The notes: generated from the sequence alone by a model not told the origin. A stretch of DNA of 64,000 bases from Lama guanicoe (GCA_013239625.1 MU053559.1:1116001-1180000); one strand, 5' to 3'; numbered from the stretch's first letter, positions 1-13,400 are shown. A program made the numbers and translations.

Positions 1-379
1 CCACTGAAGCTTCCACTTTCTTTGGGATTCGTCTTTGTAAAAGAATAGTTAAGAAATTGGGTTTCAATGCATCAAGTTTTGATTGTTTTTTTTCCAATTT
101 AGTTAACTTGATATGTTCATTTTCTACATGCACATTAAGAGTAATTTTGTATAGATTTCTATGGGATAAAGCCATGTTGGATAATAGTTGGTGAGCCTAA
201 GATATAACTGTACTTTATTATAGTTGAATAACTGGATGAATTCTCTAGAAAGAGCATTGCTTTTTTTTTAAGCACAGGTATATAGACCCTTTCTCATTTT
301 CCCTTAAATATTTTTTTACAATATTCATAAGAAAAGGGGCTTTCTAGCATGTAATTTTATTTTGTTTTTAAACCCTTCT

Positions 380-1250
380 TATCAAAGTATGATGCATACA
401 GAAAATGTATATATCATAAGCATACAGCTCATTGAATTCTCTCAAAATGAACATACTCAGATCAAGAAACAGAACATGACCAGCACCCCAGAAAAACTCC
501 CTGTGCTCCCCGTCCAGGCCTTACTGTCCACCTCCCCCAGAGGTAAACACTACTCTGACTTAAATAGTTTTCTCTGCTTGGTATTTTATATAAATTGAGT
601 CGAACAATTATATTTTATATTTTAGTAATACACTCTTTAATATCTATCTTCTTTCATTCACATTATAAATGTGAGATTCATCCACGTTATTGAATGTAGT
701 TATAGCTAATTTATTGTTATTGTCGCATTATATTCCATTCTGTGAATATTCTATGATACGTTTATCCATTCTGTTGTTGATGGACGTCTGTGTTGTTTGT
801 AGCTTGGAGCTATTAGGAATAGTGCTGCTATAAATACTTTAGTATCTATCTATTGGTGAACATATTTATGAACTTCTGTTAGGTATATATCTAGGATTTG
901 GACTGCCAGGTCATATGGTATCCATATGCTCAGCTTTAGTTCATAAAACCGGTTTTCCCAAGTAGCTGCACCAGTGTACGCTCCCACCCGCACAGTATAC
1001 GAGTCTAGTTGATGCACATCTTTGCCAATACTTGGTATTTTCCATCTTTTTTACTGTAGCCATTGTGGTGGGTGTACAGTGATATCTCAGTGTAGTGGGG
1101 GTTTTTTTATTGAAGTACCATCAGTTACAATGTGTCAATTTCTGGTGTACAGCACAATGTCCCAGTCATGCCTATTCATACATATATTCATTTTCATATT
1201 TTTTCATTAAAGATTATTCTCAGTGTGGTTTTAATTTTATTTCCTTCTCC
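380..1250 (-). mobile_element. Old L1M 3' region, with a short young L1 3' end inserted at ~1097-1217
   Basis: Typical antisense L1 3' text (gagattcatccacgttatt, tattaggaatagtgctgctataaat). The insert is bounded by TCTCAGTGT(A/G)GT duplicates. Confidence 0.7.
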
Positions 1251-1359
1251 TCCAATTCCACCATTGATCTTCCCAAGACAGTTGACTGATATCTCAGATC
1301 TGAACCCCAGGCATGGCCCTCACATGACTGCACCATTTTACATCCCACCAGCAACATTA

Positions 1360-3330
1360 AGCAATTCATGACTCTAAATCTTCCCACACAAAAAAAAGCC
1401 CAAAGCTTCATGGTTTAACTGGTTAATTGCATTGAACACTTGAGGAAAAATAATATCAACACTCGACAAAATCTTTCAGAAAATAGAGGAGAAAGGAATA
1501 CTCCTCAACTCTATGAAGCCAGTATAACCCTGATACTTAAGCCATACAAACACATCACAAGAAAAGAAAACTACAGACCAGCATTCCTCATGCATATAGA
1601 TGTAAAAATCTTCAACAAAATATTGGCAAATTACATGTAGCAACAAATAAAAGGATTATACATCATGACCAAGTGAGGTTTATTCCAGTAATGCAGGACG
1701 GCTTCAACATTCAAAAATCAGTCAATGCAATCTACCATGTTATATATACAGAGTAAAGAAGAAAAATCACATGATCTACAGATTCAATACAATTTTATTA
1801 AATTTCCAGCAGGCTCTCTGCCTCAGAAGTTGATACGCTAATCCTGAAATTTATATGAAATAGAAAAGATCAGGAATAGCAAAAAGGAATTTGCCAAAAA
1901 GCAAAGTGGGAGGACAGTCACCTCCCAATTTCAAAATTATTATAAAACTACAGCAATTAAGAGAGTGTGGTACTGGCATGGGGATAGAGACATAGATCAA
2001 TGAAATAGAACAGAGAGTCCAATCGCTTCTCGGCCTTTTGGCTAAGATCAAGTGTAGAACAGACAGTCCAGGAATAAACCCTGATGCTTATGGTAAACAT
2101 ATTTTTTTTTACAAAAGTGTGAAAGCAATTCATTGAGGAAAGAAAAGTCTTTTCAAAATTTGGTATAGGAATAATTGCATAGCCACATGCAAAAAGATGA
2201 ATGTAAGTCTTACTTCCCACTATAGTAAAAATTAACTCAAAATGGATCAGAGACATAAATATAAAAGCTAAAACTATAAAAGTTTTAGCAGAATACATAG
2301 GAGAAAAATCTCGGTGACCTCGCATTAGGCAAGGAATTCTTATATAGAACACCAAGAGCATGCTCCATAAAGAAAAAATGATAAATTAGACTTCGTCAAA
2401 CCTAAAAAGGTTTAAGCTTCAAAAGATACCATTAAGAAGATGAAAAAACAAAGCACAGACTGGGAGAAAATATTTGTAAACCATGTATCTGATAAAGGAC
2501 TTGTATCCAGAATATATAAAAAACTCTTACAACTCAATAGAAAGAAAACAAGCAACCCAGTTTAAAACTGGGCAAAAAGATTTAAAGAGCTATTTCACCA
2601 AAAATATATATACAAATAAACACATGAAGAGATGCCCAATGTATTAGTCATTAGAGAAATTCTAATTAAAACCACAAGGAAGTACCACTTTACATGCTCT
2701 CAAGTGGGTATTAATAAAAAAGATAATTACAATGAATGTTGGCAAGGGTATGGAGAATCAGGAACCTTCCTACATTTCTGGTATGACTGCATTAAAATGA
2801 TAGAGCCACTCTGGAAAAATTGGGCAGTTTCTTAAGAAGTTGATCATAAATTTACCTAGGACCCAGCAGTGCCACCTCTATTATCTACCCAAAAGATAAG
2901 TAATACATGTTCGCACAAACACTTGCCCTTGAAAATTCGTAACAGCATTATTCATACAAGACAAGAAGCAGAGACAATCCAAATGTCCATCAATGGGTAA
3001 GTAGAAATAAGCAAAATATGGTATATTCAGCAATAAAAAAGAACAACTACTAATAAATACTACAACATGGGTGAACTTCAGAAATATTATGCTAAGTGAA
3101 AGAAGCGAGACACAAAAAGATCTAATATTGTGTTTGCATGTTGTATTTATATGAAATGTCCACAAAAGTAAAATTTATAGAGATCTATGAATTAGTGGTC
3201 GTCTGGGGGTAAGAATGGGAATCGTCATTAACTTAATCAGTACAAGGGATCTTCTTGGGGTGATAAAAATGTTCTAGAACTTGGTTGTGGTGATGGTCGC
3301 ACTACTAGGTAAATTTAATAAAGGTCATTG
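1360..3330 (+). mobile_element. L1M ORF2 and 3' UTR fragment
   Basis: Degenerate ORF2 peptide [31 protein letters not shown] (1440..1640), followed by typical ORF2 3' and 3' UTR sequence. Confidence 0.9.
2022..2057 (+). pseudogene. 3'-truncated (tailless) U2 snRNA retropseudogene
   Basis: ATCGCTTCTCGGCCTTTTGGCTAAGATCAAGTGTAG equals U2 nt 1-36. Flanked by TAGAACAGA(G/C)AGTCCA at 2006-2021 and 2055-2070, inside an L1 ORF2 fragment. Confidence 0.95.
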
Positions 3331-3499
3331 AGGTGATCATTAATTCCATTCCTGTTTAAACATCTTCGTTCCCTGCCATAACATTTGTTGCCACCTAAAT
3401 CTAGAATGAAGTGGTGTCTTGGAGTCTATTGTACATTTAAGAATAAAGTTTTTTTTAAAGTTTATTGAACTGTACGATTTAAATGTGGAACCTAAATTA

Positions 3500-6130
3500 T
3501 GCTTCAGTGAAGTTGCTTCTTTTTCAGAGTTGTTTTGGCTATTGTAGGTCCTTTACATTTCCAGATAAATTGTAAAATAAGTTTGTCCATTTCGGCAATA
3601 ACCAAAAAGCTGCTGTGATTTTTTTGGGATTGGTTTAAATCTATAGATCAATTTGAGGAGAATTGAAATCTTAACAATATTGAGTTTTCTGACTCATACA
3701 TAAGGTATATCTCTCCATTTGTTTAATTTCTCTGAACAGTATTTTGTAGTTTTCCATGTACAGGTCTTTCCCACCTTCTGACAAATTATTCCCTAAGTGT
3801 TTCATATTTTTGCTGCTATTTTACTTGTTGTTGTCTTATTTCCACTTTATTGTGTGGTATTCATTTTTAATTTCAATTTCTTATTGTTAATTACTGGTAT
3901 ATAGAAAAGCAGTTGATCTTTATATGTTTCTCTTGTGCAGCAGTTAGAAGGAAGAGTCCACACAGGACCACTGTCACCACTAACAGCAATTGCAAGTTCA
4001 GGGGGTTCCCCAAACCACCCTCACTTTCAAGAATTTGATAGAAGGACTCACAGAACTCACCGAAAGCTATTATACTCATGGTTACAGTTTCTTACAGGGA
4101 AAAGGTACAAATTAAAATGAAAATCAACTAAGGGAAAAGATGCCCTCTTCTCATGGAATCAAGACAGCATGACTCTCCTGGCATTGACGTGTGACAATAG
4201 CATGGACTGTTGCCAACAACAAGTTCGGCCACTGTGCTGGCCCAGATTGCCAGCAGCAACGCCAGTTTAGCGAATGCTTCCCCTTCAGCCCCCTCCCATT
4301 TAGATAGGGTATCATTCCATATATCTAGAACTAAGGGACCATCTCAGCCACTAGGTAATACAGCTGTATTCACTGTCAACCCCAGTTTTGCCAGATGGGG
4401 TGAAGGCACAATCTATTACATTAGGCCTTTAGGAAGTCTGCCAACTATGGCGGGAAGTCTAGCTTCCCCCCACTCAGCCTCTGTTCATAACAGAGCAGGG
4501 AGGCTCCTTGCTACTGCAGGGCAAGGCTAGGAGTTCCACCACCAAGTAGGGCTCCACTGATGTTTCCCTGGCCGGAAGGGGAAGCAGTGCCTCCTTGCTG
4601 CTTTCCACGTGGCCTCCAATGACACCCCCTGGGAGGAAGGAGAGGCGTGCCTTGATACTGACATGTGAGAGAGGAAGTCTAGGCTCCCCGCATGGTCTCT
4701 GCTGACACCATGCAGGGGACGGCTTATTACTGCCCACTGAGGACGAACTTCCTGGCTCCATCATTTTTTCTGACATCACTTCGGCAGGGGTTTGGCGTGA
4801 CTTTTACTGTCTGTTGAGGGTGAAAATATAAACTCAGTTGGCGTTTGTTGACATGGGTGGGAGTGGGGTCACTTTTTTTTTCTATACTGTTTGAATGCAG
4901 TAAAGCAACCATCTTCTGGAAGTTTACCGCATTGTTAGGCTGCCCGTTTCCTGGTTCTTTTACTAGCGAAAACAGGCTTTTGTGGGGTCTTTTTTCTTGT
5001 TCCCAAGCCCACTGGCATTTCTAGGTTGCCAGGTTCTCCAGCAGAGTCTTGGATGTATGAGGCAAAAAGAAAACCCATGGAACCAATGTGCTCTTTTCTC
5101 TTGGGTCCTGAGGTCCCTGTCCAGTCTGCCTTCTTCACTCTACCTTCCAAAGTCATCTTATGTTTGTTTTATAAATATCATTTCCAGAGTTTTTCATTGT
5201 ACTTAGCAGGAGAAATAGGGAAAAGTACCTGCTCCATTTTTCCAGAAGTGGAAGTCTTATAATCGGGTCTTTTAAAACATTTCCCATGTCTCAACTCACT
5301 TTCTGAGCACGTGGAATACATTTACAATAACTTTTTAAATGTCCTCGTCTGCTAATACTAACCTCTGTGTCAGTTCTGGGTAGGTTGATTGCTTGATTAT
5401 TCTCATTATGTTTCCTGTTTTCCTAACTCTTTTCATGCCTGGTAATATTTGATTGAATGTCAGACATTGTGAATTTTACTTTGCTGGATACTGGATCTTT
5501 ATGCATTTCTATAAATCATGTGGAGTTTTGTTCTGGGACACAGCTAAGTTATTTGGAAACAGTTTGATCCTTGGAGAGTTTGCGAATGTAATTTTTAGGT
5601 GTATCTGGAGCAGAGCTCAGCCTGGGGCTAATTATTCCCCGCTATTGAGGCAATAGCTTCCTGAATTCTCTGCCTAATGCCCTATTTTTCCAGTCTGGCT
5701 GTTGAGAACAGGCACTATTCACAGCCCTCTGTGAGCATCAGACCACCATTTCCTCTTATCTTATCAGATGGTTCTCTCCCTAGCCTCAGTTTCCTCACAC
5801 ACGTGTGATGAGTGGTACTCTATTGAATACCCAAGGAGGACCCTAGGCAGATCACCCGGGGCTTCGCTCTGTGCAATCTTCTCCACTCTAGTGGTGCGTA
5901 TACAAATTCTAGCTGCCTTGCTCTCCCTAGACTCCCAGTTCCTTCTCAACTTAGGGAATTCACCAGTCTCTTCCTCAGTTTCCCCTTTCTGTGTAGTGCC
6001 CTAGAAACCCTCTCAAGAAAGTATGTTTTTTTTTCCCTCAATGTATTTTGTCCGATTTCTGTGCTGTTTATTCATTCCAGGCATGAGGGTAAATCCAGTC
6101 CCTAGGACTCCATCTTGGCTGGAAGAAGTC
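3500..6130 (-). mobile_element. Antisense L1 fragments interrupted by MER21-like LTR/internal pieces (~3935-4450)
   Basis: L1 antisense motifs at 3520-3930 and 5400-6130. CCCAGTTTTGCCAGATGGGGTGAAGGCAC (4381-4409) is the reverse complement of ERVL-like internal sequence at ~41468-41497. Confidence 0.6.
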
Positions 6131-6134
6131 ACAG

Positions 6135-8180
6135 GTGGGTATTTATAAATGGAGATTTGTCAACAGAAGTCATCAATAAGAGCTATGTTTGGGTTGGTGC
6201 CATTTTTATGAATGAGGAATAGTGTAGTCTGAGTCTGAGACAAGCATGCCAATGAACCTGTATCGATAAATGGGGAACTTGTATCTATTAAGTGCTCATC
6301 AGTGTGGGATATATTGAGAAGAATTTAAGACAGGGGAGATATGTCAATGGAAGCTGTCAATGAGACAGAATTCTCCAGTAGGTGAAAACCAATGTTCAAC
6401 TGGGATTTTCAATGTAAAAAGAATTCCAGTGGGCAGGTATTTGCAAATGAGGAGATTTGTAAATTCAATTGTCAGTGAGTGATATGCCTTTGGTGAGTAT
6501 TTAAGAATAAAGAGATTTGTCACCAGTGATCATCAGTGGAGGAATACCTGTTTAGGTGGGGAGAGGTACTTATAAATATAGATACTGGTAAATGTGGAGC
6601 TATCAATCGAGGATACATTGATGAGTGTATATAAATGAGGAGATATACAATAGGTATTGTCAGTGGGGTGTATATCAACAGGGGTATTTACAATGGGTAT
6701 ATTTGGAAAATGAGGTGGAAAATACGACATATGCCAATAGGCAAGTGTTTTAAAAACAAGGCAATTTGTCATCAAAGGTCACGGATAGGTCATACCATCA
6801 GGTGGATGTTTAACAATATAGAGATTTTTCAATAGGCAAACAACAGTGGAGTATGCATTAGGGAGGTTATTTATAAAAAGATTTTTCAACAGGGATTAAA
6901 AATAAGAAAGATTTCAATGGATGTTTATGCTTAAGATTTTTCAGTGGCAGACAGGTACTGGTGACATGTCAATTGTTTTTATTTCTCGGTGAGATTTGCC
7001 AAGAGGGGTCATAAATGGAGATCTTTTAATGGTTGTTTTTAAATAGGGTGATTTTTTTCCCAACAGGTTAATGAATGAAAGATTTTCTGAGAAGATATTT
7101 GTGAATGGGGAGATTTGCCAATGGGGATCATCAGTGGAGATATGCCAGTGGAATATTTGTGAATAGAAAGATAGGGCAAAAGTGGTTGCAGTAAGGCAGA
7201 ATTCTAAGAATGACCTCCAATATCCATCTCAGCCTTGTATAAGCTCCTCCCCTTGATTGTGGATGGAACTTGTGAATGTGATGTAGTTCCATGATTATAT
7301 TACATTACATAGCAAAAGGGATCTTACCAATGTAATTAAGGTTACTTATCAGTCTATCTCAAAATAGGGAGATTATCCAGGTGAGCCTAATCTAATTAAG
7401 GACATTAGCCCTTTAGAAATGTTGCGTTTTCTCCTGCTGGTGGCAGAAAAGGGTGCCAGAGAAATTGGAAGCATGAGAAGCATTTGGCATGCCCTCATTG
7501 AGTTTGAAGACAAAGAGGCCCACGTGGCGGCGAGGCAGGCAGCTGGCCTCTAGAAGCAGAGAGCAACCACCACTGGCTGACAGCCAGCAAAGAAACGGAA
7601 ACCTCAGTGCTACAACTGCAAGGAACTGAATTGTGCCAATCACATGAATAAGGTTGAAATGGATTCTTCCTAAGTGCCTCCAGAGAAGAGTCCAGTGTGG
7701 CCAACACTTTGACTTTGTTTTTGTGAGACCATTAAGCAGAGAACCCAGCCAAGCTCACTTGGACTTCTGACCTAACTAAATGGGTGCTGTTTTAGGTTGC
7801 TAAGTTTGTGGTAATTTGTTACACAGCGATAGAGAACTAATACAGTATTTTTCCTATTCGGTATTTGTGAAAGAGGGGACATGCCACACAGAAGAGAAGG
7901 TACTTTTCAAGGGAATTATTTACAGAAAGCTTGGTGATTTGTCATCTGTTCTTGGCAATAGCAGAGATTTATAAACACGGGGATTTGTCCACAGTGAGGA
8001 CTGCATAATGGGGAACTGTGATGGATTGGATTGTGTCCTTCAAAAAGATACCTAACCCCAGCACCTCAGAATGTAACCTTACTTGGAAATAGGAGCAGGA
8101 ATATTATCACTTGGGGAGTGGCTGTCTTCAGAAGTCTTTGAAAATGTTGGTATTTGTCAGTCGGGGGATTTGTACACTAG
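6135..8180. repeat. Degenerate ~60-bp tandem array, split by an MLT1 LTR
   Basis: (G)GAGATTTGTCA-like anchors at ~6151, 6272, 6336, 6451, 6511, 6639, 6760, 6820, 6878, 6932, 6990 and 7109, spaced ~60 or ~120. Similar motifs resume after 7845. Confidence 0.7.
7187..7844 (+). mobile_element. MaLR MLT1-type solo LTR
   Basis: Starts ..GGCAGAATTCTAAGA and ends TGTGGTAATTTGTTACACAGCGATAGAGAACTAATACA, the hallmark MLT1 termini. Confidence 0.85.
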
Positions 8181-8479
8181 AAATTAGTGTATGAGCCTCA
8201 TCATAAGAAGAACATTACAAATGAGCATTTTAAATATTTGTAATGTCTTTGGGAGAGAGTGTCAAAATTATGAGTTGAATTAAAGGTGCTGGGGGCATGA
8301 AATTATTACTACTAATATTATACATTGTTTCCAATATTGTAAATTATCATTCCTAATAAAACATTATTGACAATAAAGGAGTATTACTAAGATTTATCAC
8401 TACTGTTATAAGTTAAATTATATTTACCATTACTATTACTAATTAGTAATTATTAGTACTAATTAGTTATTAGTAATAG

Positions 8480-8670
8480 TAATAACTAATGCAGAGAGCT
8501 GACTCGGTACCTCGCACTGTTTTAAGCACTTTATGTATATGATGTTATTTAATATTCACATTGTCCCTATGAATTAGGTATTATTTTTATTCCCATTTTA
8601 CAGATATAGAAACTGAGGCAAAGAGAGGTAATATGACTTCCCCAAGAATATGCAGCTAGGACGAGGAAAA
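8480..8670 (-). mobile_element. MIR SINE
   Basis: MIR core TCCCATTTTACAGATATAGAAACTGAGGCA. Confidence 0.8.
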
Positions 8671-8779
8671 GGCAGGACTTTTTTCTCAAAATTGTAAGCA
8701 GGAAATAATATTTTTCTGTAAAAATATTACAAGGAATCAAATTTTAAAATACTGATCTAGTTAATATCTTTTTATTTTT

Positions 8780-9875
8780 ATAATATTTTTTAAACTTTAT
8801 TGTGATGCATTTCACATACATTTTACCAATTTAATATGACAATTAAATTAATTTTAGTATATTCACAGAGTTGTGCAACCATCACCATAGAATGTTAGAA
8901 TATTTTCATCATCCCCAAAAGAAATCCATTAGCAATCACTCTCCATTTCTCCCACCTCGCCCCACCATGGCCCTAGACAACCACTAATCTACTTTCTATC
9001 TTCCATAGTTTTAACCTATTTTGGACATTTCATATAAATGGAATCATATAATATATGGTATTTTGTGACTGGCTTCTTTCAAGTAACATATTTTCCAAGT
9101 TCATCCATTTGGTAGCATGTATCAGTACATCATTCCTTTTTATTACCAAATAATACTTCATTGTATGGATATACCACATTTTGATCATCCATTCATTAGC
9201 TAGTGGATATTTGGGTTGTTTATACCTTTTGGCTACTATGAATAATACTGCTGTGAACATTTGTGTATAAGTTTTTGTATGGACATATCTTTTAGTTTCT
9301 CTTGGTTGGACACCCAGGAATGGAATTCCTAGATCATCTTATTGATAACTCTATGTTTAACGTCTTAAGAAACATCCAAACTTTCTTCCAAAACAGCTGC
9401 ACCACTTTACATCCATCCCATCAGCAATGTGCGACAAGTCCAATTTTTCTACATTCTCTTCAACACTTGCTATTATCTATCTTTTTTATTCTAGCCATAC
9501 TAGTTGTTGTGAAGTATTATCTCATTGTGGTTTTGACTTCCATTTCCCTAATACCTAATGATGTTGTGTAGCTTTGCATGTGCTTAGACCATTTGTATAT
9601 CTCATTTGGAGAAATGGCTATTCAGATCCTTTGCCCATTTTTAAGTTGGGTTATTTATATATGTTTTTACTATTGAGTTATGAGTCCTTCATATATTCTA
9701 GCTACAAATTCCTTATCAGCTATATGATTTGGAAATATTTTTTCCCATTCTGTGGGTTGACTTTTTACTTTCTTGACAGTATTGTTTGCAACACAAGTTT
9801 TTAATTTTGATGAAGTCCAATTTATTTCCATTTTGTTTTATAGTGTGTGCTTTTGGTGTCATATCTAAGAAGCCA
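8780..9875 (-). mobile_element. L1MB-type 3' end
   Basis: Antisense ORF2 C-terminal peptide MFTAVLFIVAKRYKQPK..NEW..KMWYIHTMKYY (9030..9260) and T-rich tail. Confidence 0.88.
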
Positions 9876-10599
9876 TTAAGGGGCAGGATTTGAATACAGA
9901 TTCGGCTCCAGTGTTCATGCTCATCATTACACTACATTGCTTTTCTAGCAATTAAATCACTGTTAGTAATACTACACGAAATTATTATTATAAGAGTTTT
10001 GTGTTTTGACCTGAAAAAAAATCCAAGGGGTGAATACCTCCATGAACCATCCTCCAAACCTAGCACAGATCTCAAAAGGATTCTGGGTAGGGACTGTGAG
10101 ACCCATTTTTTAGGGAGAAGTACTGAGGCTTGGGTGAGAAAAGGGCCAGTCCATTGAGCTGGACCCCACACTGCACATCACGCAGGGCCACCACCCCCAC
10201 GAGCTTCCTCTTGGCCATCAGAGAGTCTCTGCCAAGCAGAGAATCACATACAGGCACACGGAATGCTGGGGGGTGGGTAACTCATTTTACTCACCTTAAT
10301 GGATCTTCTAGAAGGGTAATGGGAGGACACACAGTGATTCCAGGACTACAGATATCCTGCCAGGAGTCACGCCAGGACTCTGAATTAAACAGCCTCTCTG
10401 TAGGGTCTGCTTCTCCACGGCAGCCACCTCTAAAGGGATCTACCTTAAAGGAAGGTACTCCCTCTGGGGCCTGCGACTCCCACTTGCTCCCGGCCACATC
10501 CAGTGTGTACAACAGCTCTTGGTGTTGAGAAACAGTTGGCAAAACCAGAAAAAAAAAATGTAATAGAAAGTGTGAACATACCCAGAATTGAGGTAACAA

Positions 10600-11250
10600 C
10601 GGAGAGGGTAAAGTAACCTATTTCAGATATTGGGGAACTGCCAGAAGAAACAGGACCAGTCTGTGGTTCCAGACAATAGGTCAGGGCTGAGGAAGCATCC
10701 CAGGATACTAGGAAATTGCCCCAGGGACCAGGGAAAAGTCACGGCAGTGATGTGAACAGTCAGAGAAACTATCAAACAGCCAGAAGACCGGAAAACAGTC
10801 CTTGTAGTTAGAGGACAGCCAGAGAGACTCTAGAACAGCCAAATGGAAGAAGAAGACATCCTTAAGTGTCACACAACAGCTAGAAATAGCTAGGAGACAG
10901 CCAGGGAGATAAGGGAACACTCTCGAGCTGCGGGAACAGCCAGAAAAACAAGGAAACAGCTGGAAGGTCAAGAGGATAGTGTCTGGACCTGAGAAACAGA
11001 GGGATCGTCAAACATCTGGCGAGACCACAAAACAGACCTTGTATTTGAAAGACAGAGGGGTTACAAAAGAGCCAGAGCAACAGGGAATAGATCCTGAGGA
11101 TCAGGCAAAAAACACCAAGGAAGAGAGTGCAGGGAGCAAAAAAGTAAGAAAGCAGTCTGAAGGACTGGGGGGCCACCAGAGTCTAAGGAACAATTACAGT
11201 AATTGAAACAGCCAATAAACCAATGTACAGAAATCGGTGAACAATGACTG
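10600..11250. repeat. Purine-rich degenerate array of (A/G)ACAGCCAGA-like motifs
   Basis: Recurrent ACAGTCAGAG, ACAGCCAGAAG, ACAGCCAGAGAG, ACAGCCAAAT, ACAGCTAGAA, ACAGCCAGGG, ACAGCCAGAAA and ACAGCTGGAA. Confidence 0.55.
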
Positions 11251-11254
11251 ATCC

Positions 11255-13400
11255 CAATATAGGGTCATCAGAAACTGTGGGGAGTAATCACAGCTCAAAT
11301 ATTCCATATTGACAAGCAGGAATTCAGCAGACACAGTCATAGGAGCTAATATAGCGCCAGCAAATATGGTTATGGGGACTCACATGGGTCAGAGACACTA
11401 CCGGTGGCTAATACAAGATCATCAGAAACCATGAAGGCTCTAATGTAGGGTAGGCTCTCATGAGTCCCAGATATTATGCTGGGGCTCATGAGGTCAATAT
11501 ATCGTATTAGGGACTGAGGGACTGGCATCCACAGGGATGGGGGTGGCGAATGGGCTGATGCTAGGATAGAGATAAAGTCACTTTAATGGTGGCTAATGGC
11601 TCATCAGCAGAGCGATAAAGTACTAATGTGGGGTCAGCAGAGACTAGTTGGATTTTTTATGAAGATCCAAGACACTCCCCTTGAGACCAAGATTAGCAGA
11701 CACTAATCGATATACTATCAGCAATAGATACTGTGATTGAGAAACAGGAGGCAAAGACTCTAAACTAGTGGCTGGTAGTCAGTAGTCACAGTGTTGAGGC
11801 TAGTATAGAGTTAGCAAACACAGTGATGGGTTCCAGTGTATGGTCAGCGTGCACCGTACTGGGGCATCACTGCATTCAGACACTGTATTAGTGGGTAATG
11901 GGGGACCAACAGGCACAGTGATTGATGATGGTGAGTGCAAGGTCAGCAACATTGTGACTGGGACTTATGAAGGTCAAAGACATTGTACGCATTGCTAATG
12001 CGCAGTCAGCAAGGTGAGACCAGTGTGGATTCAGCAGATACTGTGATGGAAGCTCATGGAGGTTAGTCTCCGATCTTGTGGCTAATTGGGGAATAGCAGA
12101 GAGTGATGGTAGCTAAGGTCGGATCAGCAAATACACTGCTGGGACCTCATGCATATTGAAGAAACTGTACTACTGCCTAATGGAGGATCAACAGACACTG
12201 TGCTGGGAGCTAATTTAAGGTCAGCAGACTCTACTCAGGCCTCAACGGGTCAAAGACACAAGACTTGTGGTTAAAGATGGGGGAGGGGGATTTAGCAGCA
12301 AACACAGGGATTCGGCTGCTGTTAAGGACAAAAAACATGGTGCTGGGTCCTCAAGGAGGTCGTACTCTGTGCAGGTGTCTAACAAATCAGACGACATTAA
12401 TGTATGGTCAGCAGATACACTGATAGGCTATAATGTAAGGTCAGAAGACACAGAGACATGGGCTATTTAAAGGAAAGCAGACACTGCTGGCTCCTCAGGT
12501 TAAAAACTTGGAACTTGGTAAACGGTGGATCAGAAGATAGAGTGACAAATTCATGTGAGTTCTGCAGACACTTCAGTGGGGTTCAAGAGGATCTGTCACC
12601 ATATTGGTGGCTAATTGGGGAACAGCTGATAAATATTGGTACAACTTTGCTGTGTTGTGGGTTCATGGTCATCAAAGACACTATTGGTGGCTAATAAAAA
12701 ATCAGCAGACACAGGGATGGGATCTAATGTAGAATGAGCAGACACTGTGATTAGAACTCATTGGGTTAAATAAACTATATGGTGGCCAATGGGGAATGAA
12801 CAGAAAATGGTGAGAGGCAACATGAGGTCAATGGCCACTGCATTAGGTCTAAAGAAAGGTGATAAGACACATCGCTGGGAACTAACAAGAGGTCAGTAGT
12901 CAGTAGGCTGAGTCTACAGGAGGGCAAAAAGACATAATACTGAATTAATAGAAGATCATCAGTCACTAAGCTGGAGGCTAAAGGAGTGAAAAGACACTAT
13001 GCTGTGAGCAAATGAGTGTCAGCAAAAATTGTAATGGCAACTAAAAGGGGTGGTGAGACATGATGCTCTGGGCTAATGGGGGTCAGCAGACTGTTGCAAC
13101 AAAGAGTTGTGATAAGACAAGATGTGGTGAGCTAATGGTAGATCAGCAGACATTGTGCTCTTGACTAAAGGCAGTGATAAGAACTGCTATAAGCTAACGA
13201 GGTGTTAGTAGACATGGTGCTGACATGTCGTGGGGGTAAAAACTGCGTCATGGTTAGCAAATGGAGGATCAGGAGAGACTGCACTTAGGCTATTGGAAGG
13301 CAAACACACTCAGTAGTGTTGGCCAGTAGGGATCACCACATAAGTGATGGTAGGATGGTAGCTAATGGAGGGCCAGCACAACCCATCATGAGACCTTAGT
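11255..13400. repeat. Degenerate ~31-33-bp tandem array (GGTCAGCAGACACTGTG.TGGG.CTAATG..)
   Basis: Dozens of TCAGCAGACAC / TCAAAGACAC ... GGCTAATG units; for example 12188 to 12221 and 12408 to 12441 are 33 bp apart. Confidence 0.85.

Noticed and set aside
11255..13400. CRISPR-like reading of the ~33-bp periodic array
   Set aside because: Mammalian DNA, contiguous degenerate units with no unique spacers, and no cas genes.
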